A stretch of 64,000 bases of DNA, taken from positions 2,962 to 66,961 of IMG/VR virus record IMGVR_UViG_3300032286_000272. One strand, 5' to 3'. The position numbers were made by a program, and so were the translations under genes. Origin of the DNA: a virus. The notes under the pieces are model-generated. The model was not told the origin of the DNA. It made no database searches and saw nothing but the letters and a program-made list of their open reading frames with translations. This document shows positions 35,986 through 44,653 of the stretch, in pieces; positions within the stretch are counted from its first letter, which is position 1, and the number at the start of each line of letters is the position of its first letter.

Positions 35986-35993
35986 TATAAATA
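35986..35993 (+). promoter_or_regulatory. T4 late promoter, exact TATAAATA
   Basis: Exact consensus followed by an AGGA RBS and ATG 36021. Confidence 0.75.
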
Positions 35994-36020
35994 AAAATAA
36001 TCCACTTATAGGATAATACC

Positions 36021-36797
36021 ATGAAAATTACACAACTCCTTACTGATCTAAATGAAGCAGGTGCAAGAAGTGCGGTTCAACAAGCATCAATGAAATCAGC
36101 AGCTACAGGAACCCCACAAGCAAATAACCCTTTTAATTTAAAGGTTGTGCCTGGTGGTAAAGGAGTTGCACCTTCAACTACTGCACCTGCTGCAACAGGA
36201 ACAACTACTGCTCCGGCAGTAAAGTATAATGTTCCTACGGGTGGTGTACCTTCTGTAAAAAGTAATTTACCTCAACCAACAGTAGCTCCAAAAACTACTA
36301 CTCAGCCCGCGACAGCACCAACAACTGCTGCCCAACCTAAAGGTCCTGGTGCAATGAAGAAAGCATTAAACTATGCCAATTCTGCACAATCCGGACAAGA
36401 TATTGCAAAGTTTGGCAAAGGAATGGCAGATGCTGGCGGATCACTAAATCGAGGTGCTCAAACTGTTGTTAAAGGCACAGGTAACCTAGTCAAGGGAGTT
36501 GGTCAAGGTATTGGGTCAGCGCTTAGTGGAGTAGGTTCTGCGGTTAAAGGTGTTGGAGATGTGGCTGCTCAAACAGTAGGAGGAGTTGCACAGACTATAG
36601 GTGCTGCTGCTGGTGGCTTAAAGCATGGTTATCAAAGTGCAGGTAGTGGACAGAAATTTGGCGGAGGTGGATATAGTGGAACACCGACTGCAACACCTGC
36701 ATCTGGCGGAACACCTTCAGGCGGAAATGACGAAGTTGCAGGATTAAAAGCCACACTACAAGCCATGGATGCAAGGCTTAAGAAAGCCGGAATTTAA
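36021..36797 (+). CDS. Low-complexity Ala/Gly/Thr/Pro-rich late protein, possible internal head protein
   Basis: Own late promoter and RBS. N-terminus MKITQLLTDLNE, Gly-rich amphipathic repeats and a short C-terminal helix. Confidence 0.6.
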   Translation: MKITQLLTDLNEAGARSAVQQASMKSAATGTPQANNPFNLKVVPGGKGVAPSTTAPAATGTTTAPAVKYNVPTGGVPSVKSNLPQPTVAPKTTTQPATAPTTAAQPKGPGAMKKALNYANSAQSGQDIAKFGKGMADAGGSLNRGAQTVVKGTGNLVKGVGQGIGSALSGVGSAVKGVGDVAAQTVGGVAQTIGAAAGGLKHGYQSAGSGQKFGGGGYSGTPTATPASGGTPSGGNDEVAGLKATLQAMDARLKKAGI

Positions 36798-37012
36798 ATC
36801 AACGGCATACCAGTAGTTTTACTGTTTTCAATATTTTCTAAAATTATCTTTGAGATAATTTCTCTATCTTCTTGATCGAGCATGTAGGCCTGCTCTATGC
36901 TCAGGCTTCCCCTCATAAACCAAGCCATTTTAAACAATTCATGTTTTAAGGCTTTTGACTCTCTTTCTAGTTTCTTAACCTCTTGGTCAATCTCATCTAG
37001 AGTCAGTGTCAA
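36794..37012 (-). CDS. gp51-like baseplate hub/tail assembly protein, probably the -1 frame extension of the upstream gene
   Basis: L..MAWFMRGSLSIEQAYML..EDREII. Only a TTG start, overlapping the upstream stop, and in the -1 frame of a T TTT TTC slippery site. Confidence 0.65.
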   Translation of the reverse strand: MTLTLDEIDQEVKKLERESKALKHELFKMAWFMRGSLSIEQAYMLDQEDREIISKIILENIENSKTTGMPLI

Positions 37013-37887
37013 AAGCCTCGAGCGAAAAAATCTGAATTGTTAAAGTTGATAGGAATAGTATAGGTTGCGGGAGCACCGCGAGCTTGTTGATCTTCAGTAG
37101 TGGTAAATTCTAAAGATTTAAGATTGTTTTGTTCTTTTAACTTGCCTAGATGCTTGTTAATCTTTTCAAAAATATCTTTGTCAACATTGTTAATAAACTC
37201 TTTAATGAACACAGGTTCAGTAACATCTTCGCCATTGGCCACAATCTTATAGACACTATCTGCGGTTAACTCAACAGTTACTTTGGTTAACATGTTAAAA
37301 CTTTGATTGAACAGTTTTAATTTTTCTTCATCGGAGATCTTTTCGTCATTGACCATGGCTAATATTCTATTGGTCTCAAATGTCTTGATACTGGTCTGTG
37401 TTAAATGCTTGTATGACAATGGCTTGACAAACAACACAAGATCTGGACTAACAGCAATTTGATTGATCCATGTATTTTGACTCTGTTGATCTAAGATCAC
37501 ACGCAGATCTAATTCAAAATCAACTTCTTCATTAATTACTGGAATATTATGAGTGAACGGCATTTTTTCGCCGTAGGTTGCTAGTCTAATGGCAACAAGA
37601 ATTGTATCTAAATCTACTGTAGGAACATCCCAAGCATTTTTAATGTTGGGCATACAACTTTGTATAACATCTACAATAGCCTGTCCGTTCATCAATGCAT
37701 CCGGAGTCTTAAACAATAATTCGTCTTTGGCAGTCATGGAGTAAACTGGCAATTCTTCATTGTCTGGATAGTCGATACTGCTGTCTGGCCAATATCTTCC
37801 ACGACTGGGCAGCTTGATATAAATTTTGGGCTGACGCATGAACATGGTTAGTGGATTTTTTTTAGGAGAAAAGGTGTTGTTTTGCAT
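37009..37887 (-). CDS. Baseplate hub assembly protein (T4 gp26-like)
   Basis: RQPKIYIKLPS.G, PVYSMTAKDELL and DLDTILVAIRLATYGE, ending in ..SDFF.. as gp26-like proteins do. Confidence 0.75.
   Translation of the reverse strand: MQNNTFSPKKNPLTMFMRQPKIYIKLPSRGRYWPDSSIDYPDNEELPVYSMTAKDELLFKTPDALMNGQAIVDVIQSCMPNIKNAWDVPTVDLDTILVAIRLATYGEKMPFTHNIPVINEEVDFELDLRVILDQQSQNTWINQIAVSPDLVLFVKPLSYKHLTQTSIKTFETNRILAMVNDEKISDEEKLKLFNQSFNMLTKVTVELTADSVYKIVANGEDVTEPVFIKEFINNVDKDIFEKINKHLGKLKEQNNLKSLEFTTTEDQQARGAPATYTIPINFNNSDFFARGF
37024..37030 (-). other. Candidate programmed -1 ribosomal frameshift heptamer T TTT TTC
   Basis: Minus strand GAT TTT TTC GCT CGA GGC TTT TGA. The -1 frame TTT TTT CGC TCG AGG CTT TTG ACA is continuous with ORF 36794..37012. 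Confidence 0.65.
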
Positions 37888-37900
37888 ATTTTTATATCCG

Positions 37901-37907
37901 ATAAATA
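37901..37907 (+). promoter_or_regulatory. Late promoter (ATAAATA) for the tape-measure/portal transcript
   Basis: Located in the 77-nt divergent intergenic region. Confidence 0.6.
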
Positions 37908-37929
37908 AACTTACTAGGATTCTTATATG

Positions 37930-37937
37930 TATTTATA
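37930..37937 (-). promoter_or_regulatory. Late promoter, exact TATAAATA, for the gp26-like gene
   Basis: TATTTATA on + strand. Confidence 0.65.
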
Positions 37938-37964
37938 TACGCAGAAAATGGTGATTTTTAAACT

Positions 37965-40247
37965 ATGAACGGTGCAGCTGAAGCAATTTTAGAAGATCTA
38001 TTACGACAAGCACAGGTCACTAACGCTCATTTGGTTAACTTGCTCAAGCAAGGTGCGTCTGGCGCTGGCGGAGGGGGCGGGGGCGGCGGAACTGCAAGTT
38101 TGGTAAAAGGTATGGGACTAGCTACTATTGCAGTAACCGCAGTAGCCGGCGTGTTTAATACATTGAGTAATATTGTAGGTTATGTAACTAATGTAATAGG
38201 TCAAACTGCTAGTAAGATGGTGGACTTTGGCAAGGCCGCTGCTGAGGGTCGAGCCCAACTAAGTGATCTGTTTAGAGTATTTGATCAATTACCGTTAATT
38301 GGAAAGTTATTTGATTTATTTGCACAGATTGTTTCTTATCAAGAAAATCTTTTAAGATCGTATCAAGATCTTACCAAATCTGGTGCAAGTTTTAGCGGAA
38401 GTCTATATCAGATGCGCACCATGGCCTACAGCGCATATATGACCTTAGACGAATTTGGTAGAGTAGTAAAAGATAACAGTGGTGTATTTGCTACAGCTAT
38501 TGGTGGAGTAGATGCAGGATTAAAAACATTTGTTGCAATACAGAAAAAATTAGTTGATCCTAATAGTGAATTAGGCAGAAGTCTAATGGGTCTAGGAGTA
38601 ACAGCAGAACAAGCTGCTAGTGTATTAGGTACTTTTATGAGTTTACAAGGCAATATGAGTCGAGTAAATCGTATGAGCACAGATCAACTTGCTGCTGGAA
38701 CCGCCGGACTTATAAAAGAATTAGATGCTTATGCTAAGTTAACAGGAAAAAGTAGAGAAGATCAAGAAAAAGCAATGAAACAGGCTGCGTTTGACGAAAA
38801 TCTAAAAAGATTTATGTCTAGTCTAAACGCCGATGAGATGACAGCAATGCAGGCAAAATTGACACAGGCAATGGATCAGGGAGGAAAAGGTTTTCACGAT
38901 CAAGTTGCATTATTGGCAATGTCTGGTGGAAGAATATTAACACCACTTACTGATGCAATGAGAGACATTTACGTGCAAACTGGAGGTGCGTCTTTAGAAG
39001 CAGCTAAAATCCACTACGAATCTGCTATGACTCAAAAATTAGGTAGTGAAGAAAGTGTAAAATCATCAGAAAAAGCAGCACGTCTCTTAGCACAAGGATA
39101 CAATGATCAATTGTCTCGTATGGGAGAAACAACTAGGGCTGTAACATTTGCGTTGGGAACATTTCCTGCTACAATGGAACTGGCTCGCAATTCTACACGA
39201 CAGGGAGCCGCTACTACTGAAGCTAGTAATAAAAAAGTTAGTTCTGCATTAGAACGGGCTAGCGAACAATATAAAGGTAACGCGGCAGCATTAGCCGCTG
39301 CCCAGCAACAGATTAAGATATTTGGATCGGCTATAGGAACAAGTTTTTTAACTTTAGTTGGTAAATTGCAACCAGCAATTACAACAGTTGCAAATTTATT
39401 ATTAGATACCTTTGGCAGTGCAGTTAGAGCATTAACTGAAGGAGACGACAGTCCGATGAATAAATTAGGAACATTAATAACAAATTATTTTGTTCCCGCA
39501 GTTCAAGGTGCAGTTAAGTGGTTTAAGGATACATTTAGATATCTTTCTAAATCAGAAGACGGAAAAGATTTTTGGAAAAGACTTGGTATTGTTGCAGAGA
39601 GTACTTGGTACAGTATGAAACCTTATATAATGTCTGCTATTAATACAGTTGTAGATTTTATGAAACCTCTTTTTGAACGAATGTTAGAAGTTATTGGAGA
39701 CGCTCTTAACGCATGGGTGTTTAGTTTACCAGGCGGCAAAAGAATATTAGGTGCTGAAGATCCTGCAGAACGAGCAAAAAGAAGAGAAAAAGAAGCTCTA
39801 GAACGAGATGCAAATTCCAAAGTAGATGATATACAAAATCAATTAAGATTAGCTAAAGAACTGGAAAATAAAGATAGTAAGAAAATTAAAGAATTAGAAG
39901 ACCAACTAAGAGATGCCTTAGATGCTCGCAATCGTATAATGAATCCTGGAGAAACTCCAAGGCAAGGAGCAGCACTAATTCCTACGCGAGCCAGCGGAAG
40001 TCTAGGAATGACTGGCAATTTATTTGAAAATTGGGGAGCAGGCACTGATGTAACACTTCACGGTAAAGAAGCTGTGGTGACTCCTGAACAGATGGGCGGC
40101 ATTGTTAATAATAGTTTAGCGGTTGGTATAGAAACGTTAAATATGCAGGTAGCAGAATTAATTAGATCAAACAAGGAAATTGCGGACTACGCCAGAAGAA
40201 ACGTCGATGCTACACGTTCTTTAAATGGCGATTTGTTTGCAATGTAA
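37965..40247 (+). CDS. Tape-measure-like protein
   Basis: Long Ala/Gly/Leu-rich helical protein with hydrophobic segments and C-terminal LHGKEAVVTPEQ. Adjacent to the frameshifted chaperone-like pair. Confidence 0.65.
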   Translation: MNGAAEAILEDLLRQAQVTNAHLVNLLKQGASGAGGGGGGGGTASLVKGMGLATIAVTAVAGVFNTLSNIVGYVTNVIGQTASKMVDFGKAAAEGRAQLSDLFRVFDQLPLIGKLFDLFAQIVSYQENLLRSYQDLTKSGASFSGSLYQMRTMAYSAYMTLDEFGRVVKDNSGVFATAIGGVDAGLKTFVAIQKKLVDPNSELGRSLMGLGVTAEQAASVLGTFMSLQGNMSRVNRMSTDQLAAGTAGLIKELDAYAKLTGKSREDQEKAMKQAAFDENLKRFMSSLNADEMTAMQAKLTQAMDQGGKGFHDQVALLAMSGGRILTPLTDAMRDIYVQTGGASLEAAKIHYESAMTQKLGSEESVKSSEKAARLLAQGYNDQLSRMGETTRAVTFALGTFPATMELARNSTRQGAATTEASNKKVSSALERASEQYKGNAAALAAAQQQIKIFGSAIGTSFLTLVGKLQPAITTVANLLLDTFGSAVRALTEGDDSPMNKLGTLITNYFVPAVQGAVKWFKDTFRYLSKSEDGKDFWKRLGIVAESTWYSMKPYIMSAINTVVDFMKPLFERMLEVIGDALNAWVFSLPGGKRILGAEDPAERAKRREKEALERDANSKVDDIQNQLRLAKELENKDSKKIKELEDQLRDALDARNRIMNPGETPRQGAALIPTRASGSLGMTGNLFENWGAGTDVTLHGKEAVVTPEQMGGIVNNSLAVGIETLNMQVAELIRSNKEIADYARRNVDATRSLNGDLFAM

Positions 40248-40250
40248 CAT

Positions 40251-40805
40251 ATGAATAATGCGATCTTCTATGTTTATCAATATCTAAGAGAAGACGGGTC
40301 TCCGTTTTACATAGGTAAAGGTTCTAACGATCGAATTAATGAAAGTCATGACCCTTGGGTTAAAATACCTAAAAAAGAACTAAGACAGTTTATTAAAACC
40401 GGATTAACTGAAAAAGAAGCTTTTGATTTAGAAATAGAACTTATTAAAACTTACGGTCGAAAAATGGATGGCGGAATTTTGGAAAATAAAAGATTGTCTC
40501 GTTGGGTGGCTCAAGCCGGTTGGAAACAAAGTGAACAAGCTAAAGAAAAGATATCTTTAGGGAACAGAGGTAAAGTTAGAACCGAAGAGCAAAAACTAAA
40601 ACTTAGAACTCCTAAAACAAAAGAACATGCTGAAAAAATACGGCTTGCAAATCTAGGTAGGAAAGACGACGGTAGATATAAAAAAATTAGTGATACAATG
40701 AAATTAAAAAAATGGTACAGTAATGGTACTATAACAAAAATGTTTGTACCGGGCACAGAAGAAACGGGGTTCTACCCAGGAAGAATACTTAGGAGTATAA
40801 ACTAA
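40251..40805 (+). mobile_element. Free-standing homing endonuclease (GIY-YIG-like N-terminus with NUMOD3-like repeats)
   Basis: FYVYQYLREDGSPFYIGKGS..R and EAFDLEIELI..YGR, then repeats SEQAKEKISL.NRGK and TKEHAEKIRLANLGRK. Inserted between the tape-measure-like and portal genes. Confidence 0.75.
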
Positions 40806-42541
40806 TGACATGGCGTAGATATTTTACCCCTGTTAGCACCGGCGGACAATTTGGTCCGATTAGCGGCTCAATGAGTTCGGGCAGCGCTAACCCCACTAGA
40901 ACTAACTACTCTAGCTATCTTCCTGACGTTTATGCAGGACATCCTAATCGTTTAGAGCGCTACGGCCAGTACGATACCATGGATACAGACAGCGAAGTTA
41001 ACGCTGCTTTGGATATTTTAGCTGAGTTTTGTACACAAGAGAACGACGAAAACGGAACTCCTTTTCAAATCTTCTTTAAAGACAAGGCAACTAATAGCGA
41101 AATAACAATTATTAGAAAATTGCTACAGCAGTGGACTAAACAGAACAAGTTTAACAAACGAATCTTTAAAATTGTACGCAATTCATTCAAGTATGGAGAC
41201 GTTTTCTTTGTTCGAGATCCGGAAACACAAAACTGGATGTACGTAGATCCGCAAAAAGTAGACAGAATCATTGTTAACGAATCAGACGGCAAGAAGCCGG
41301 AGCAGTATCATATTAGAGATTACAACCCAAACTTTGAAACTCTAGCTACAACTGCTATACAACCTAGCAATACACAAGGCGGAGCTAGTCAATTTGGCTC
41401 AAGTTACGGAACAGGACAAGGCGGCGCTGGCGGATCACGTGGCATGGTTGGAGCATTTCCTACCAATACCAACGGCAGTAGATTTAGTCAGCAACAGAAT
41501 CAATACGCAATTGATGCCAATCATGTGATTCATATCAGCATGAGCGAAGGATTAGACAACAATTATCCTTTTGGCAACAGCTTGTTAGAAAGTATCTTTA
41601 AAGTATTCAAACAAAAAGAACTATTAGAAGATGCTATTATCATCTATCGTGTACAACGTGCTCCAGAACGTCGTGTATTTTACATTGATGTGGGTAACAT
41701 GCCCAGCCACTTGGCCATGGGCTTTGTTGAACGTGTCAAAAACGAAGTAAATCAGCGCCGTGTACCCAGTGTTACGGGTGGTAGTCAAACAGTTATAGAC
41801 AGTAGTTATAACCCGTTAAGCATTAACGAGGACTATTTCTTTCCGCAAACAGCAGAAGGACGTGGAAGTAAAGTTGAAATTCTTCCTGGCGGCACTAATT
41901 TAGGAGAGATTGATGACCTTAAGTATTTTACTAATAAGCTGTTTAGGGCTCTACGCATTCCTAGCAGTTATCTACCTACTGGTTCCGACGACGGAGGATC
42001 TAACTTTAATGATGGTCGAGTTGGAACAGCCTACATCCAAGAGCTTAGATTTAACAAATACTGTGAACGACTACAGAGTTTAATCAACGAAACATTTGAT
42101 ACAGAGTTTAAACTGTATCTGCACAACAAAGGTATTAATGTTGACAACAATATCTTTGATTTAAAGTTCAATCCGCCACAAAACTTTGCCAGCTATCGTC
42201 AAGCAGAGATGGATACTGCTCGAGTTAACACTTTTGGTGCATTGATTGCTGTTCCGTTTTTAAGCAAGCGATTTGCAATGAAACGATTCTTAGGCTTGAC
42301 CAGCGAAGAAATTGCGGATAACGAGCAACAATGGCGCGAAGAAAACGTAGATACTGACGTTAGCCTCAGTGCCAGTGCTGAATTACGCAGTCAAGGTGTT
42401 ACTGCCAACAACATTACTGGCGATCTATCTTCGCTAGCAGGCGCAACTAGTGCATCAATACCAGGCAGTGAATTTCCAGCGGGTGATCCAAGTTCGGGTG
42501 GAGACATGGGAGAAGCACCTGCCGGAAGTCCGCAAGTCTAA
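40805..42541 (+). CDS. gp20: Portal vertex protein (gp20)
   Basis: Motifs LLEDAIIIYRVQRAPERRVFYIDVGNMP, EDYFFP..GRGSKVEILPGG.NLGEIDDLKYF..KL..AL.IP and ELRFNKY..RLQ. Confidence 0.96.
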   Translation: MTWRRYFTPVSTGGQFGPISGSMSSGSANPTRTNYSSYLPDVYAGHPNRLERYGQYDTMDTDSEVNAALDILAEFCTQENDENGTPFQIFFKDKATNSEITIIRKLLQQWTKQNKFNKRIFKIVRNSFKYGDVFFVRDPETQNWMYVDPQKVDRIIVNESDGKKPEQYHIRDYNPNFETLATTAIQPSNTQGGASQFGSSYGTGQGGAGGSRGMVGAFPTNTNGSRFSQQQNQYAIDANHVIHISMSEGLDNNYPFGNSLLESIFKVFKQKELLEDAIIIYRVQRAPERRVFYIDVGNMPSHLAMGFVERVKNEVNQRRVPSVTGGSQTVIDSSYNPLSINEDYFFPQTAEGRGSKVEILPGGTNLGEIDDLKYFTNKLFRALRIPSSYLPTGSDDGGSNFNDGRVGTAYIQELRFNKYCERLQSLINETFDTEFKLYLHNKGINVDNNIFDLKFNPPQNFASYRQAEMDTARVNTFGALIAVPFLSKRFAMKRFLGLTSEEIADNEQQWREENVDTDVSLSASAELRSQGVTANNITGDLSSLAGATSASIPGSEFPAGDPSSGGDMGEAPAGSPQV

Positions 42542-42548
42542 ATAAATA
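42542..42548 (+). promoter_or_regulatory. Late promoter (ATAAATA)
   Basis: Reads ATAAATA-aaaac-ATG (42554). Confidence 0.65.
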
Positions 42549-42553
42549 AAAAC

Positions 42554-42799
42554 ATGCTCTTAAAAGAATTCATTTATTTTGATGACAAACGTTCAGAACC
42601 TCAAGATGACGGCCGTTATCTAAGTCGTAATGACACAGGCGTCCTGCGTTCTTCAGACACGAGAAAAACTAGACTAACACTTCGTATGTTAAACGACGCT
42701 CGTAAAGCTAGTGAAGCTCATGAAAAAGAAAAGCAAGAAGAGCTGGGATTAGTTAGAACAATGTATGCTCAGCCTCCAGCTGAGCAGGCAGCAGTGTAA
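42554..42799 (+). CDS. Small head-module protein (hypothetical, prohead-core region)
   Basis: 81-aa ORF between the portal and the acidic core protein, containing DTRKTRLTL..LN..RK. Confidence 0.65.
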   Translation: MLLKEFIYFDDKRSEPQDDGRYLSRNDTGVLRSSDTRKTRLTLRMLNDARKASEAHEKEKQEELGLVRTMYAQPPAEQAAV

Positions 42800-42881
42800 T
42801 CTATTAAGATAACTTTTTCTTTTAAAATCTTAAATATTTTAGACAATCGTATATCAAACAAGGTTAAAAACCTACCATCTC

Positions 42882-42907
42882 AGGCCAAAAAGAATCGTTT
42901 TTGGCCT
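42882..42907. other. 10-bp inverted repeat (hairpin)
   Basis: AGGCCAAAAA-gaatcg-TTTTTGGCCT in a 180-nt intergenic region, with no U-tract after it. Confidence 0.6.
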
Positions 42908-42931
42908 ATATTGCATAAGTATTACACATTG

Positions 42932-42945
42932 CCTGTAAATACAGG
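42932..42945 (+). promoter_or_regulatory. Late promoter TAAATA embedded in the inverted repeat CCTGTA-AA-TACAGG
   Basis: TAAATA at 42936-41, followed by an AAGGAG RBS and ATG 42981. Confidence 0.55.
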
Positions 42946-42980
42946 TACTATATTGCCGCAACCTTAAGGAGAACCACGCG

Positions 42981-43994
42981 ATGTCAACTAAATTTGAACA
43001 ATTGCTAGACCTACTTGTAAACGAAGAAATGGATAAAGCCAATGAACTATTCCATACTATTGTTGTAGAAAAGTCTAGAGAAATCTACGAAAATATGATT
43101 GCTGAAGAAGCAGATGAAGAAGAAATGGACGAAGCCAAAGCCGAAGACGATGAAGAAATGGACGAAGCTAAGGAAGAGGACGACAAAGAATTAGACGAAG
43201 CAGCCGAAGACGATGAAATGGATGAGGGTGCTGAAGAATTAGAAGACAGCTACATGATGGACGCCGACGACGAAGAAGACGACGGTATGGGCGGCGATGC
43301 TGCTGACGACATGTTAGGCGACGTTGAAATGGACGGAGACGCCGATGAAGAAAGCAGCGAAGACGAAGCCATTATGGATATTAAGAATGCTATCGCTGAA
43401 CTAGAAGCAGCATTTGCTGATCTAGAAGCTGCCCAAGGCGGAGAAATGGATAGCGACATGGATTCGGAATTCGGCGACGAAGATGAAGACGAGACAGACG
43501 AAATGATGGGTATGGGTCTACGTGAGTACCGTGAGACAGTTGGTAACGACTGGGAAAAGAGCGGAAGCCAAAAGACACCAGGACCAGTTGGTTCAGGTAA
43601 AGGCGACCTAGCAGGCCAGACCAGTGTTGACAACGGCAAGAGCCCAGTTAGCAGTGGTAAAGGCAAGCCTACAACAGGCGCAACTGCTAAGAATATTCTA
43701 GGCGACCAAAAAGCAGGCGAAGGCACTAACGTTGGTACAAAGCCAACAGGCAAAGCTGGCGGACTAGTTGGCAGTGTCAAAGGTGAGTTTACCAAAGGTG
43801 TTGAAAAGAACATCGCAGGTAGTGCTAATGCTAAAATGAAAAGCGGTTCTGATCTAGGCAAGCAAGGTGCAGGTTACCCAGGTAACAACAAGACTGCTGG
43901 CCCAGTTGGATCTGGTAAAGGTGATAAAGCTGGTCAAACCAGCATTCACAATGCACCAAGCCCACTTAACGGCGCACCTAATCGTAACTCTTAA
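42981..43994 (+). CDS. Acidic prohead core/scaffold-like protein
   Basis: Asp/Glu-rich N-half with repeated (M/L)DE, Gly/Lys-rich C-half, immediately upstream of the prohead protease. Confidence 0.65.
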   Translation: MSTKFEQLLDLLVNEEMDKANELFHTIVVEKSREIYENMIAEEADEEEMDEAKAEDDEEMDEAKEEDDKELDEAAEDDEMDEGAEELEDSYMMDADDEEDDGMGGDAADDMLGDVEMDGDADEESSEDEAIMDIKNAIAELEAAFADLEAAQGGEMDSDMDSEFGDEDEDETDEMMGMGLREYRETVGNDWEKSGSQKTPGPVGSGKGDLAGQTSVDNGKSPVSSGKGKPTTGATAKNILGDQKAGEGTNVGTKPTGKAGGLVGSVKGEFTKGVEKNIAGSANAKMKSGSDLGKQGAGYPGNNKTAGPVGSGKGDKAGQTSIHNAPSPLNGAPNRNS

Positions 43995-44007
43995 TTAGAG
44001 AAGCAGG

Positions 44008-44637
44008 ATGCAACATTCATTTTTAAGAGAACACCTAAGTTTTGATCAGGCTCAAGTCATACTTGAGTCTGACGATAAGGACGGCAAGAACCTACATTTG
44101 AAAGGAATTGCAATCCAAGGTGGTATTCGTAATGCTAACGGCCGTATCTATCCCGTAGATGAAATTGAGAAAGCTGTTAAGACATTAAACGATCAACTAC
44201 TTAACGGATATAGTGTTCTAGGTGAAGTAGACCATCCTGATGATTTGAAAGTAAATTTAGATCGTGTATCCCATATGATTACTCAGATGTGGATGGAGGG
44301 TCCAAATGGTTATGGAAAGATGAAAATCCTTCCAACCCCTATGGGTAATTTAATTCGCACAATGCTTGAAAGTGGTGTAAAACTTGGCGTTAGTTCTCGC
44401 GGTAGCGGTAATGTTAACGATTCGAACGGCCATGTATCTGATTTTGAGATTATCACTGTGGATGTAGTTGCTCAACCGAGCGCTCCAGGTGCTTATCCTA
44501 CTCCTGTGTATGAACATTTAATGAACACACGCGGCGGTATGAGAGCACTAAAAGTTGCTAAAGAAGTAAAAGAAGATCCAAAGGCCCAGAAATATTTGAA
44601 GGAATCCCTCCTACAAATTATTAAAGGTCTAAAATAA
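44008..44637 (+). CDS. gp21: Prohead core protease (gp21)
   Basis: Motifs RNANGRIYP, LGEVDHP, VSHMI, ILPTPMG, LGVSSRGSG and DVVAQPSAPGAY. Confidence 0.95.
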   Translation: MQHSFLREHLSFDQAQVILESDDKDGKNLHLKGIAIQGGIRNANGRIYPVDEIEKAVKTLNDQLLNGYSVLGEVDHPDDLKVNLDRVSHMITQMWMEGPNGYGKMKILPTPMGNLIRTMLESGVKLGVSSRGSGNVNDSNGHVSDFEIITVDVVAQPSAPGAYPTPVYEHLMNTRGGMRALKVAKEVKEDPKAQKYLKESLLQIIKGLK

Positions 44638-44653
44638 GCCCGAGGAGAAAGAG

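Noticed and set aside
35507-36020. Group I/II intron, tmRNA, RNase P RNA or tRNA as the identity of the structured region
   Set aside because: The flanking genes look complete. I could not find convincing group I P7 (R/S) elements, a group II domain V, tmRNA/tRNA ends or the RNase P GAGGAAAGUCC motif. A covariance-model search is needed to exclude these formally.
43250-43861. 203-aa minus-strand ORF
   Set aside because: It is antisense to the low-complexity core protein, and its Ser/Pro/Leu-rich composition mirrors the sense codons.
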